A DNA stretch of 32,000 nucleotides from Pyrodictium abyssi (GCF_036323395.1 NZ_AP028907.1:360001-392000), one strand, 5' to 3'; counted from the first letter of the stretch, positions 1 to 8,398 are shown. Made by a program: numbers and translations. Notes: generated from the letters alone by a model not told the origin.

Positions 1-495
1 CGCCTCGTGAAGCCCGGCGAGACCGTGATAAACATGTATGCTGGCGCGGGGCTCTTCTCGATAATAATAGCTAGGCACTCCAAGCCTGCAAAGGTGTACA
101 GTATAGACATAAACCCCGAGGCCTACAAGATGATGGTAGAGAACGTGAGGCTCAACAAGCTAGAAGGAATAGTGGTCCCAATACTCGGCGACGCGGCTGA
201 GGTGGTGGAGAAGCAGCTACAGTCGACAGCCGACAGGATACTGATGCCGCTGCCCGAGTTAGCACTAGAGCACCTCCCGCACGCGCTAAAGGGGCTCCGC
301 GGTAGAGGCTGGCTCCACGTGTACCTGCACGTCTTCGCCGAGAAGGGCGTCGACCCCAGGAGGAAGGCAGTAGAGATGCTCGCCGAGAGGCTAGACGAGC
401 TAGGGGCAAGGTACCGTGTAGAACTCAGCCGCGTCGTACGGACAGTCGGGCCTAGGCGCAGCCAAGTAGTAGTAGACGTCCATGTAGAGTCCTAG
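1..495 (+). CDS. Class I SAM-dependent tRNA methyltransferase, Trm5/Taw2 (Met-10+) family; C-terminal part only, 5' end lies upstream of the window
   Basis: Frame 1 is open from base 1 (RLVKPGETV...); stop TAG at 493-495. It has the SAM-binding motif VINMYAGAGLFSI, then DINP and ADRILMPLP. These resemble archaeal Trm5 as I remember it (DMFAGIG ... ADRILMG). Confidence 0.75.
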   Translation, partial: RLVKPGETVINMYAGAGLFSIIIARHSKPAKVYSIDINPEAYKMMVENVRLNKLEGIVVPILGDAAEVVEKQLQSTADRILMPLPELALEHLPHALKGLRGRGWLHVYLHVFAEKGVDPRRKAVEMLAERLDELGARYRVELSRVVRTVGPRRSQVVVDVHVES

Positions 496-944
496 CGTAG
501 AGGTAGCTCAGAGACCTTCTTGGCCGCGAACTCTAGCACCGCGTAGACCTCGTCTTCGGTGTCCCTGGTGACGCCGGTCACTATGACCGAGGCTACTTTC
601 CCCTCGTCGTCCCTCTCAACAGTGTACTCGAGACCCTCGTAGTCGGCTGCCAGCCTCTCGAGGGCAGTAAGCATGTACCTCACGTAGGGGTGCTGCTCGG
701 GGACGGGACGGGTAAAGCTTAGCCTAATAGTGTCCCTCGTGGCGACCAGCCTCGCAGCTACGCGTCCATCCCTAGACCGGAACTCTTTGCCGCGGCGTGC
801 ACCCCGGCCAGCAGGTATGGCTCCCGTGGCGCACTCCTCGAGCAGCGCTAGAAGCTGCTGGTAGAGCTGTAGCCGGGCCTCGAGCTCAGCTATCTCGCGC
901 TCTAGGAGCTCGCGTAGCTCCTCGAGTCGAGGCTTCTCGGACAT
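492..944 (-). CDS. Hypothetical protein with N-terminal coiled coil (150 aa)
   Basis: Clean ORF with an ATG start. N-terminus is heptad-like (EELRELLEREIAELEARLQLYQQLLALLEE). It is convergent with the methyltransferase, with a 4-nt overlap. I recognise no catalytic motif. Confidence 0.6.
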   Translation of the reverse strand: MSEKPRLEELRELLEREIAELEARLQLYQQLLALLEECATGAIPAGRGARRGKEFRSRDGRVAARLVATRDTIRLSFTRPVPEQHPYVRYMLTALERLAADYEGLEYTVERDDEGKVASVIVTGVTRDTEDEVYAVLEFAAKKVSELPLR

Positions 945-1148
945 AGTATGCTCCCCCAGGGAGGAGGCGCCAGGTAGACGCTGAGACGCGTGGTGTAGCC
1001 GCGTGTACCGCCCCCATGCAGGCAGGCGCCCCTCTCCATAGCCTTGTGCTAGTAGGCGCTATTTAGGGGTAGAGGCGCCTAGGAAGGGCATAAAGTGTGT
1101 AGCAGCTAGCCACTATACAAGCCACGGGTAGACGAAGGGGAGGAGTAA

Positions 1149-2912
1149 ATGACCAGGAGGGCTGGTTCTACCAGAGCCTTCTCAGCTGTTGCTCTCTTGT
1201 TGTTCATACTGCTTGGCGTCTACTCTCAGCCGGCGCTCTCCGAGTATAGCGCTAGGATAAAGCTGGGCCTTCTTGCCGTGGACGGCGCCACGGGCAACGG
1301 TATTGTCGTTGACGCGTGGCTCTCTATAACCTCGCCTGGCAGCGGCCGTGTGGTCGTCGAGCCTAGGGACCTCGTAGAGGAGAGTACGGCTCTCTCGACA
1401 CGCGTAGCATTCTACCTAGCTAGCATAGTGGACGGGATAAACCCGGGGCTCTTCGATGTCCGTGTAGAGTTTGAGACCGATACCCCCGTTGGCGGGCCCA
1501 GCGCCAGCGGCTTCATGGCGGCAGCCTCTCTGCTCGCCCTCCGCGGGCTGCTCCCCGACACCGACACCACGATGACCGGGATGGTCTCGTTAACTGGGTT
1601 CATACTACCGGTGGCGGGTGTCAGCGACAAGGTGGCGGCGGCCAAATCTGCTGGCTACAAGAGGGTGCTGGTGCCGCTAAGCGAGGCAGGCAACATCTCT
1701 AACGGGATAGACGTGGAAGGCGTGTGTACCTTCGAGGAGGCAGCGTCGCGCCTCTCTAGCGGCTACGTGTCGGCTCTGACCCATGAGAAGCCCCCAATAC
1801 AGCCCCCCGAGCCCATCCGGGAGAAAGAGGTAGAGTTTAGCCACCACGCTCAGCTCTTCATGGAGAAGGCCACGGCCCTCCTCGACGAGATACCCAGGGA
1901 TGATACCCGCCGTGCAATCATGGCACTACTCGATAAGGCCCGTGAGGCTCTAGACAAAAGCCCCTACAGCGCTGCCAGCATAGCGTTCATGGCGCTGTAC
2001 ATGGCTGCATCGAGCATTGCGGGTCAGCATGGGTTCGACTACCTCGAAGAGAAGATAGGGCTAAGCCTTGACACGGTGCTGGCTAATGCCAGCAGTACAG
2101 TGGAGGCACGCCTACAGGAGTTCAGCGGGAGGAGTGTATGCGGGCTCTGGGGCTACGAGGCGCTCGCAGCAGCCTCTATACGGCTCTACCTCGCAGAGCA
2201 TGCTGCAGACTCTACAAAGCCTGACGTAAGGACCCTTGCACTGCTACGCGCGCTCTCCGCGGAGTCGTGGGCCCGCCTAGCAGACCCCGACTTCGGCCCC
2301 AAGGTTCCATGTAGCCTGCTGGGCAGTGTAGCCGAATTCTTCGTAGACTATATGCAGCTATCATACAACTATATAAGGAGTATAGTGGGTCACGTCGTAT
2401 TCCACATACCAATGCCGGATGACAGAGACGTCTCGGCATGGATTAGTGATGCCCGGAAAAGCCTTGAAGAAGGCAACTACCCCCTAGCGCTAGGGCTAGC
2501 CCTCTACGTCGTCTCATCCCTCGAGGAGTCGCTAGCCCACGGCTCCGGCCTCCCGTCAACGTGTATAGAGAGGCATATGGCATTCCTCGAGAAGCTAAGC
2601 TGGATGAGAGGCCCCAGTCTCCCCGCGTCGCTGCTTATCGAGTACGCACTAGGCTACGGCAGCTACGTGGAGAACGTGCTCGGAGACCCATTCATACAGG
2701 AAAGCCTAGAAGTAGATACAGCTGTATGGCTGCTACATTCCCTGGCCATTAGGGCGCTGACCGCCGAAGCCGCTCAGGCTTCGACAGCGCGCGCGCCTCT
2801 ACAGTGGAGCGACTACTACCTGGCAGGGATAGCAGCTGAGGCAGCACTAATAGCACTCATAGGTTACAGCCTAGCTCTTGTCTCGCGACGGGCCAGGGCC
2901 GAAGAAGTCTAG
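1149..2912 (+). CDS. Membrane-anchored or secreted S16 (Lon-type) serine protease domain protein without an AAA+ module (587 aa)
   Basis: ATG is preceded by GGGGAGGAG. N-terminus is a hydrophobic signal/anchor (AVALLLFILLGVY). Lon proteolytic-domain motifs are present: GGPSASG (Ser118, nt 1500-1502) and TGMVSLTGFILPVAGVSDKVAAAKSAGYKRVLVP (Lys161, nt 1629-1631). A long helical region follows, then a C-terminal TM (YYLAGIAAEAALIALIGYSLALV). No Walker A motif. Confidence 0.75.
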   Translation: MTRRAGSTRAFSAVALLLFILLGVYSQPALSEYSARIKLGLLAVDGATGNGIVVDAWLSITSPGSGRVVVEPRDLVEESTALSTRVAFYLASIVDGINPGLFDVRVEFETDTPVGGPSASGFMAAASLLALRGLLPDTDTTMTGMVSLTGFILPVAGVSDKVAAAKSAGYKRVLVPLSEAGNISNGIDVEGVCTFEEAASRLSSGYVSALTHEKPPIQPPEPIREKEVEFSHHAQLFMEKATALLDEIPRDDTRRAIMALLDKAREALDKSPYSAASIAFMALYMAASSIAGQHGFDYLEEKIGLSLDTVLANASSTVEARLQEFSGRSVCGLWGYEALAAASIRLYLAEHAADSTKPDVRTLALLRALSAESWARLADPDFGPKVPCSLLGSVAEFFVDYMQLSYNYIRSIVGHVVFHIPMPDDRDVSAWISDARKSLEEGNYPLALGLALYVVSSLEESLAHGSGLPSTCIERHMAFLEKLSWMRGPSLPASLLIEYALGYGSYVENVLGDPFIQESLEVDTAVWLLHSLAIRALTAEAAQASTARAPLQWSDYYLAGIAAEAALIALIGYSLALVSRRARAEEV

Positions 2913-3575
2913 CAGGGTAGACTGCCTCGCAGAGCCCCTCGACGAGCTAGCGCCTATCCTTTCCTCCCCTTGTTCGGTCTTTATCTCGGCCACAACCCTG
3001 GCTATGGGGCCCCGGAAGTCCTCCTCGAGCTTCTCGCGCAGAGGAGGCTTATACAGTGCGGCAGCGGGATGGTACGTGACAGCTATCATGAGCTCAACGC
3101 CTGCTATAGAGCCCCGATACACCTTGCCGTGCTGAGCGCCCATACTCTGCCAGCGGTGTCCTGCCAGCTCTAGAAGCCTCCTGGCAGCATGCCTGCCCAC
3201 CGCTATTATGAGGCGCGGTCTTATCAGCTGGATCTGGCGCAGCAGGTAGGGGAGGCACGCTTCGACCTCGTCCTCCTGGGGGTCACGGTTCCCCGGCGGG
3301 CGGCACTTGACTATATTGGTTATGTAGACCTCTTCCCTCCGTAGGCCTGCCAGCTCTAGGAGCCTGGTTAGAAGCTGGCCGGCTGCACCAACGAAGGGCC
3401 TCCCCTGCAGGTCCTCGTTCCGGCCCGGCGCCTCGCCCACGACCATGACGCGCGCGGTTACCGGGCCCTCGCCGGGTACAGGGTTGCGCCTAGTCTTATA
3501 GAGCCTGCATTTTGTGCAGCTCTGTATCTCCTCCACGAGCCTCTGATACTCCTCCCCGATGCCCGTCCCGGCCAT
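2871..3575 (-). CDS. Family 4 (thermophilic, Fe-S) uracil-DNA glycosylase with a C-terminal PIP-box tail
   Basis: Motifs: GEAPGRNEDLQGRPFVGAAG, ITNIVKCRPPGNRDP and TYHPAAAL. Cys pattern is CTKC ... C-x15-C. The ORF is open up to 3650, but the ATG at 3575 (MAGTGIGEEYQRL...) puts the CxxC at the usual distance from the N-terminus. Its 3' end overlaps the convergent protease gene by 42 nt. Confidence 0.85.
   Translation of the reverse strand: MAGTGIGEEYQRLVEEIQSCTKCRLYKTRRNPVPGEGPVTARVMVVGEAPGRNEDLQGRPFVGAAGQLLTRLLELAGLRREEVYITNIVKCRPPGNRDPQEDEVEACLPYLLRQIQLIRPRLIIAVGRHAARRLLELAGHRWQSMGAQHGKVYRGSIAGVELMIAVTYHPAAALYKPPLREKLEEDFRGPIARVVAEIKTEQGEERIGASSSRGSARQSTLLDFFGPGPSRDKS
2901..2924 (-). other. 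PCNA-interacting peptide (PIP box) QSTLLDFF encoded near the UDG C-terminus
   Basis: The reverse complement of 2901-2924 reads cag tct acc ctg cta gac ttc ttc = QSTLLDFF. This fits Q-x-x-[LIM]-x-x-[FY]-[FY] and sits 9 residues from the stop, after a low-complexity linker. Confidence 0.6.
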
Positions 3576-3730
3576 AGCCCACCATTCCCTGTACACTGTG
3601 CCGCTGTGCAGTCTAGCCTCTCGGCAAACCCTTAGAGGATTCTGCCCCACCAGTATCGTAGACCTGGGGGCTTGAACCGGCTATGCGTGGAGAAACAGGC
3701 CCAGCGCACGCACCCACGGTCCAGGGTAAG

Positions 3731-4534
3731 ATGTACCACGTAATGCTCGGGCCGGGAGACATACCGCCCTACGTGCTCCTGCCCGGCGATCCTGGCCGCA
3801 TAGACCAGATAACGGAGACGTGGGACGAGGCGCGCGAGGTAGCCTACCATCGTGAGTATCGCAGCGCCCGTGGGGTATACCGTGGCGCAGAGATAGCGGC
3901 GGTTAGCACTGGGATAGGGGGCCCATCGACAGCCATAGCGATAGAAGAGCTAGCCCGGATAGGCGTCCACACCATGATAAGAGTGGGTACAACCGGCGCT
4001 ATACAGCCCAGCATAAAGGTGGGGAGCCTCATCATAGCGACGGCAGCGGTACGCTACGACGGCGCAAGCCACGAGTACGCCCCGCCCGAGTACCCCGCGG
4101 CGGCTAGCCCCGAGGTCGTGCTAGCCCTAGTAGAGGCGGCGAGAAGGCTAGGCGTAGACTACCACGTCGGCGTAGTGGCTTCCACGGCTACGTTCCACCT
4201 AGGCCAGAGCCGGCCCGGCTACCGCGGCTACGAGTGGAGCGAGAGCCGCAGGCGAATAGAAGACCTAAGGCGCATGGGTGTGCTAAGCTTCGAGATGGAG
4301 GCAGCCACGCTCTTCACGCTCGCAGGCCTCTACGGGCTCAGAGCAGGCTGCGTCTGTGCAGTCATAGCCAACCGGGCTACAGACGAGTTCACACCGGGCG
4401 CTGGCGTCCGGGAAGCCATAATGGTGGCCAACGAGGCCATACGAATACTCCAAGAAGCCGACCGCACGGGATCCGCCAGGACACACTCCATAAGCGACCT
4501 AGCCAGCGCCATACATAGGTTGTACAGTGGCTAG
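3731..4534 (+). CDS. Nucleoside phosphorylase, PNP/UDP family (uridine phosphorylase-like)
   Basis: Motifs: LLPGDPGRIDQI, VSTGIGGPSTAIAIEEL, IRVGTTGA and FEMEAATLF. The ORF opens at 3683, but the ATG at 3731 (MYHVMLGPGD) gives the usual N-terminus. Divergent from the UDG gene. Confidence 0.8.
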   Translation: MYHVMLGPGDIPPYVLLPGDPGRIDQITETWDEAREVAYHREYRSARGVYRGAEIAAVSTGIGGPSTAIAIEELARIGVHTMIRVGTTGAIQPSIKVGSLIIATAAVRYDGASHEYAPPEYPAAASPEVVLALVEAARRLGVDYHVGVVASTATFHLGQSRPGYRGYEWSESRRRIEDLRRMGVLSFEMEAATLFTLAGLYGLRAGCVCAVIANRATDEFTPGAGVREAIMVANEAIRILQEADRTGSARTHSISDLASAIHRLYSG

Positions 4535-4785
4535 CCTTAGCTCCTACACGGCAACAGAATAGCGCAAGAACGGTGCACCATAGACAGAAAGAAGGAACCT
4601 TTTATAGCTATAGAAGCATAGGGGCCTTGAATCGTAATGGCTCGGGATCCCATTGTATTTTGCCGATCCCTCCCGCTAGCGGCTCATAGCACGCGTCCCG
4701 GCTAGACCTTGTCGAGGGGCTTAAGCCTTAGAACAAAAACCTGCATTAATAGCGTTATGACTATTAGTATCAGTGCTAACGTCTC

Positions 4786-5914
4786 TCAGCTAATGTGGCT
4801 CATAAGCTGGCCTAGCGCTAGTGGTGAGAGCGCGGTCACTAGCAGAAGCGCTGTTCTAAAAGCAGCTAGGCCCCTGCCTAGATACTCCCTCTTCAATATA
4901 TTCATAGCGTATGCTGTAAAGGATGTGAAGATTATCACGTTCCCTAGACTATAGAGAACTACCGCCACTACGTAGTAATGGGTAGACACGACGTAGAACA
5001 AGAGCACGACTGTGGCAATCCTTACAATAGGATAGACCCTTATAAGAGTCATCATGATAAAGCGGTTAAGCAAACCCACAAGCGGGTATGCAGCAGCCTG
5101 CGATACTAGAAGGACAGAGCCGAGCCAAGCAAGCTCACTGCTACTGAGGCCTAGCGACTTCATCATATACACTAGGTACGCTGAAAGGAACGCACCAGCC
5201 ATATCCAGCAAATAGGAGGCGAAGAGCGCCAAAGCCGAGCCGGTGTAAGGTTCTAGCGCAAAATCCCGTAGCCTTGTAACATCCTTAATGGATTCCACGA
5301 ATACTCGAAGCGGGTTTACTCCACTAGAAGGGCTCCTTTGTGGCTTTACGCTCCTAGCCACATAGAATAGTGGTGCAAGGGCTGCTAGCATGGCAGTTGC
5401 TGCTATAGCATAAGATCTTAGACATTGCTCGACAGTGCGTATGTTTAGCGACGAGTACCTCGGTGCAAGCGCGGCAACGGTAAAAGCTACTGCAAGCACT
5501 AGGCTCAGATACGTGCCTCTATTCCTTGGGGAAACATAGTAGGCTATCAGATAGTTTGTTATAGTACCAAAGCTACCATATATAGTGTAGATACAGTATT
5601 ATAGTTACTACGTATATTACAACCATATCATGGGCTATAGCAGCTCCTGCGGTAAGTAGTATAAGTGACATCAAAACCGTAAGCAGAACAGCGGGCTTGA
5701 GCACGCCACGCAAATCTAGAGTTCTCCCTACAAGAGGAGTCACTAGCGTTGAGAACAAGAATGGCACAGAACCTGTAATAGCAATAACCATGGAGGGTAA
5801 CTTCAAGTCATAGACGAGAGACTGCCTTGTGAACCAGTCAATCTCCATGGCAAATGTCATAAGAGCCACAAGAATCGGTATAGAAGCATAGTATGACAGC
5901 TTCGGCGTATTCAC
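4786..5914 (-). pseudogene. MFS-type transporter interrupted by a single frameshift (ORFs 5573-5914 and 4786-5598)
   Basis: The upstream ORF (113 aa) has TM1-4 and an MFS-like loop (PLVGRTLDLRG). The downstream frame is open from 5598 (YCIYTIYGSFGTITNYLIAYYVSPRNRG...) and continues with about 7 more TM segments. The two frames overlap at 5573-5598, and the offset is 1 nt. Both parts share low G+C. Confidence 0.65.
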
Positions 5915-6209
5915 TATAGTGTCACCTTAGTACCCTACTCTATAGTCTTCATGCTACGATGGATGTATTGGTCGGCATTCAAGCTTAATACGTCTCTCAT
6001 AAATGTGTAGCGCATTAGTCTGGCTCGTATAGTGCCAATGATATAAGAGGTATGGCTGAGAGCATCCTCCCGCATTTCGGCTATCTAATGGGTCTAGAAT
6101 AATCGCTGGCTCGTGGAGAAGTGCTGCTACAACATGTGTATGTGCTTGTGCATCTTGGTCAGCTATACTAGGCTCCAACGCTGTCGAGGAGAATGCGGGG
6201 CGGAAGGCT

Positions 6210-6419
6210 ATGGGGGTTAAAGTCTCGGTGCTAATACTCCCCGAGCACCGTACGGCAACAGTAGAGCTCGAGACCGGCAAGGTCAGGGAGCTAGTACACA
6301 AGCTGGGCTATGCGACGGAAGGCGTTATAGTGGTGAAGGATGGACGGCCACTCCTAGAGGATGAGCAGCTGGAGGACGGCGACAATGTCACACTCTACCG
6401 GGCGGCAAGCGGCGGCTAA
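6210..6419 (+). CDS. Ubiquitin-like sulfur-carrier protein (ThiS/MoaD/TtuB/SAMP family) ending in Gly-Gly
   Basis: 69 aa; the C-terminus is ...TLYRAASGG followed directly by the stop. The size and beta-grasp-like pattern fit, and it lies immediately upstream of, and overlapping, a PP-loop thiolase gene. Confidence 0.75.
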   Translation: MGVKVSVLILPEHRTATVELETGKVRELVHKLGYATEGVIVVKDGRPLLEDEQLEDGDNVTLYRAASGG

Positions 6420-7407
6420 ATGCAGTATCTGCGGGGCACCGGCTGTAGCGCGTATCCCCTATGCCCGGCTAACCCTATGCCCCAGGCACTTCATGGAGTT
6501 CATAGAGCGTAAGGTGGAACGGGTCCTCCGCCGGGCCGGGGCTCTCCGTAGAGGAGCACGTCTACTAGCCGCGGTATCCGGCGGCAAAGATAGCGCCGCG
6601 ATGTTGACAGCGCTAGCCAGGATAGCGAAACGTCACGGTGTCGAGGTGGTAGGGCTACACCTTGTTCTGGGCTTCGGCCCCTACTCTAGGAAAAGCCGCG
6701 AAGCAGCAGAAGGGGCATGCAAGGTAGACAGTATTCCATGTATAGTGCTAGACGTAGAAGAAGTTCTCGGTGCACCCGTACACGTCATAGCTAGGCGTGC
6801 ACGGAGACCGGTATGCAGTGTCTGCGGTCTCGTAAAACGCTACGTCATAAACGCGGCTGCAGTAGAGCTTGGCGCCGACTACGTGGCTATGGGCCACAAT
6901 GCTGACGACATTATAGCCTACACTGTTAAGATGTTCCTAAACCAAGACCTTGCAGCTATAGCCAAGCTGGGTCCATCGACCGAGAGCATTGAGGGCCTAG
7001 CAGTGGCGAGGCTCCGCCCGCTCTACGAGGTGACTGAGAAGGAGTCCCTGCTCTACGCAATAGTGTCTTCCACGCCATTCCTCCACGAAGAGTGCCCCTT
7101 CAGACCCGTAGCCCCGATAGAGGAGCGCGTAAAAGAGTTCATGAACAGGGTGGAGGAGGAGCATCCAGGAATGAAGATAAACTACATACGCAAGCTTGCA
7201 TCCAATATAGAGGTGTACAAGAAGATAGCAGAAGCAGAGGAATGGGAGGCTCAGCGCTGCAAGAGCTGTGGCCTCTTAAGCGCCGGCGACGAGTGCAGCT
7301 TCTGTCGCCTAACAAGAAGAACGCTGGGGGAAGCCAAAGGGCTGCACGTACGACGGGTGGTCAGAGAGCTAGCGTCCCGAATAGCAATGGGAGAACAGCA
7401 GGACTAG
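6385..7407 (+). CDS. tRNA 2-thiolation PP-loop ATPase, TtuA/NcsA (Ncs6/Ctu1) family
   Basis: N-terminal Zn finger CSICG...CPRH; PP-loop SGGKDS; cluster cysteines CSVCG and EECPF; C-terminal CKSCG...CSFC. ATG candidates are 6361 and 6385. I chose 6385 because family members start just before the first CxxC. It overlaps the carrier gene by 35 nt. Confidence 0.85.
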   Translation: MSHSTGRQAAAKCSICGAPAVARIPYARLTLCPRHFMEFIERKVERVLRRAGALRRGARLLAAVSGGKDSAAMLTALARIAKRHGVEVVGLHLVLGFGPYSRKSREAAEGACKVDSIPCIVLDVEEVLGAPVHVIARRARRPVCSVCGLVKRYVINAAAVELGADYVAMGHNADDIIAYTVKMFLNQDLAAIAKLGPSTESIEGLAVARLRPLYEVTEKESLLYAIVSSTPFLHEECPFRPVAPIEERVKEFMNRVEEEHPGMKINYIRKLASNIEVYKKIAEAEEWEAQRCKSCGLLSAGDECSFCRLTRRTLGEAKGLHVRRVVRELASRIAMGEQQD

Positions 7408-7663
7408 CCATCCTAGTACGGAGAACACGCTCTCATGAGCTAAGATGTCCTCCTGAATAGGAGGTGTCCGAGCCTTAGACTATGCTGTAGCCAGAGTTGC
7501 TGTTGCAGTAACGCTCTTCGCACTAGGGTTCTACACGGGCCGCTCCAAGGAGGCTAAGAGGCTATCAAAAGCGATCTCGAGGCTCCTGCTATGGTTCTCA
7601 ATACCTGCCATAATATTCTACAAGGTCTACACTGTTGATCCGGCTACGGCGGCGAAGTACAGC

Positions 7664-8398
7664 ATGCTAGTCGTCATTAGCGCTGTGGGATCCATAATAA
7701 CAGCGGCTGTGGGTATCCCGCGTCTTCTAAGAGGATTGCCAGTCTCTAGCATAGGTGCTGCTGTACTCGCAGCAGGTATACACAACTCCGCTTTCCTACC
7801 AGTACCGCTTATGCTCATACTGTACGGCGACGCTGGCCCGGCAGCGCTATACTCAGCCATAATCAACATGGTAATAGTCTTAGTTGTGCCTGTAATCGTT
7901 GGAGTCTATAGCGAGACTGCTGGCAAAGGAAACATAGCTAGGCGGGTGACAAGCAGTATAGCGCGGTTCCCACCCTTCTACGCGCTAGTAGCGGGTGCAA
8001 TGCTTAGAACACTACTAGCCGACAACAACACGCTCGTATCAGTCCTAGGGCATGTTGGACGTGTGGCTGCAGAGTCGACGCTGACTAGCTTCTACCTGGT
8101 CGGCGCTGTCCTGGCTACCGCAGGACTAGCGGTGGATAGGCCAACGCTAGTTATAGCGGTGTGGAGGCTTCTAGTCGAGCCACTCCTAGCTATCGCGGCG
8201 TCTATAGTACTGGGGCTAGAGGGTATATGGCTGGCGGGCGCCCTCATAGAGGCTTGTATGCCGCCAGCCACTATGAACATAGTATTTGCGATTACCTACG
8301 GGCTAGACGAGAAGCTTGTGGCGAGAGCTATAGGCTTTACAATGCCCCTATCAATAGTGGTGAGCCTACTCATACGCTTATTCGTGGTAGCCCCATAG
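7664..8398 (+). CDS. Auxin-efflux-carrier (AEC) family-like membrane transporter; first canonical start gives a truncated 244-aa product
   Basis: Polytopic membrane protein. The same frame is open back to 7457 and encodes a further 69 TM-like residues (VAVAVTLFALGFYTGRS...LLLWFSIPAIIFYKVY) with no in-frame ATG/GTG/TTG. The family call rests on overall pattern only. Confidence 0.55.
   Translation: MLVVISAVGSIITAAVGIPRLLRGLPVSSIGAAVLAAGIHNSAFLPVPLMLILYGDAGPAALYSAIINMVIVLVVPVIVGVYSETAGKGNIARRVTSSIARFPPFYALVAGAMLRTLLADNNTLVSVLGHVGRVAAESTLTSFYLVGAVLATAGLAVDRPTLVIAVWRLLVEPLLAIAASIVLGLEGIWLAGALIEACMPPATMNIVFAITYGLDEKLVARAIGFTMPLSIVVSLLIRLFVVAP

Noticed and set aside
4709-4954. 81-aa plus-strand ORF
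   Set aside because: It lies antisense to the 3' part of the MFS gene, and its composition mirrors the opposite-strand TM codons. No motif is present.
5954-6301. 115-aa minus-strand ORF in the MFS / sulfur-carrier intergenic region
   Set aside because: It overlaps the well-supported Gly-Gly carrier gene by 92 nt on the opposite strand. It has a Ser/Thr/Ala-rich low-information sequence and no start context. It is probably a chance ORF.
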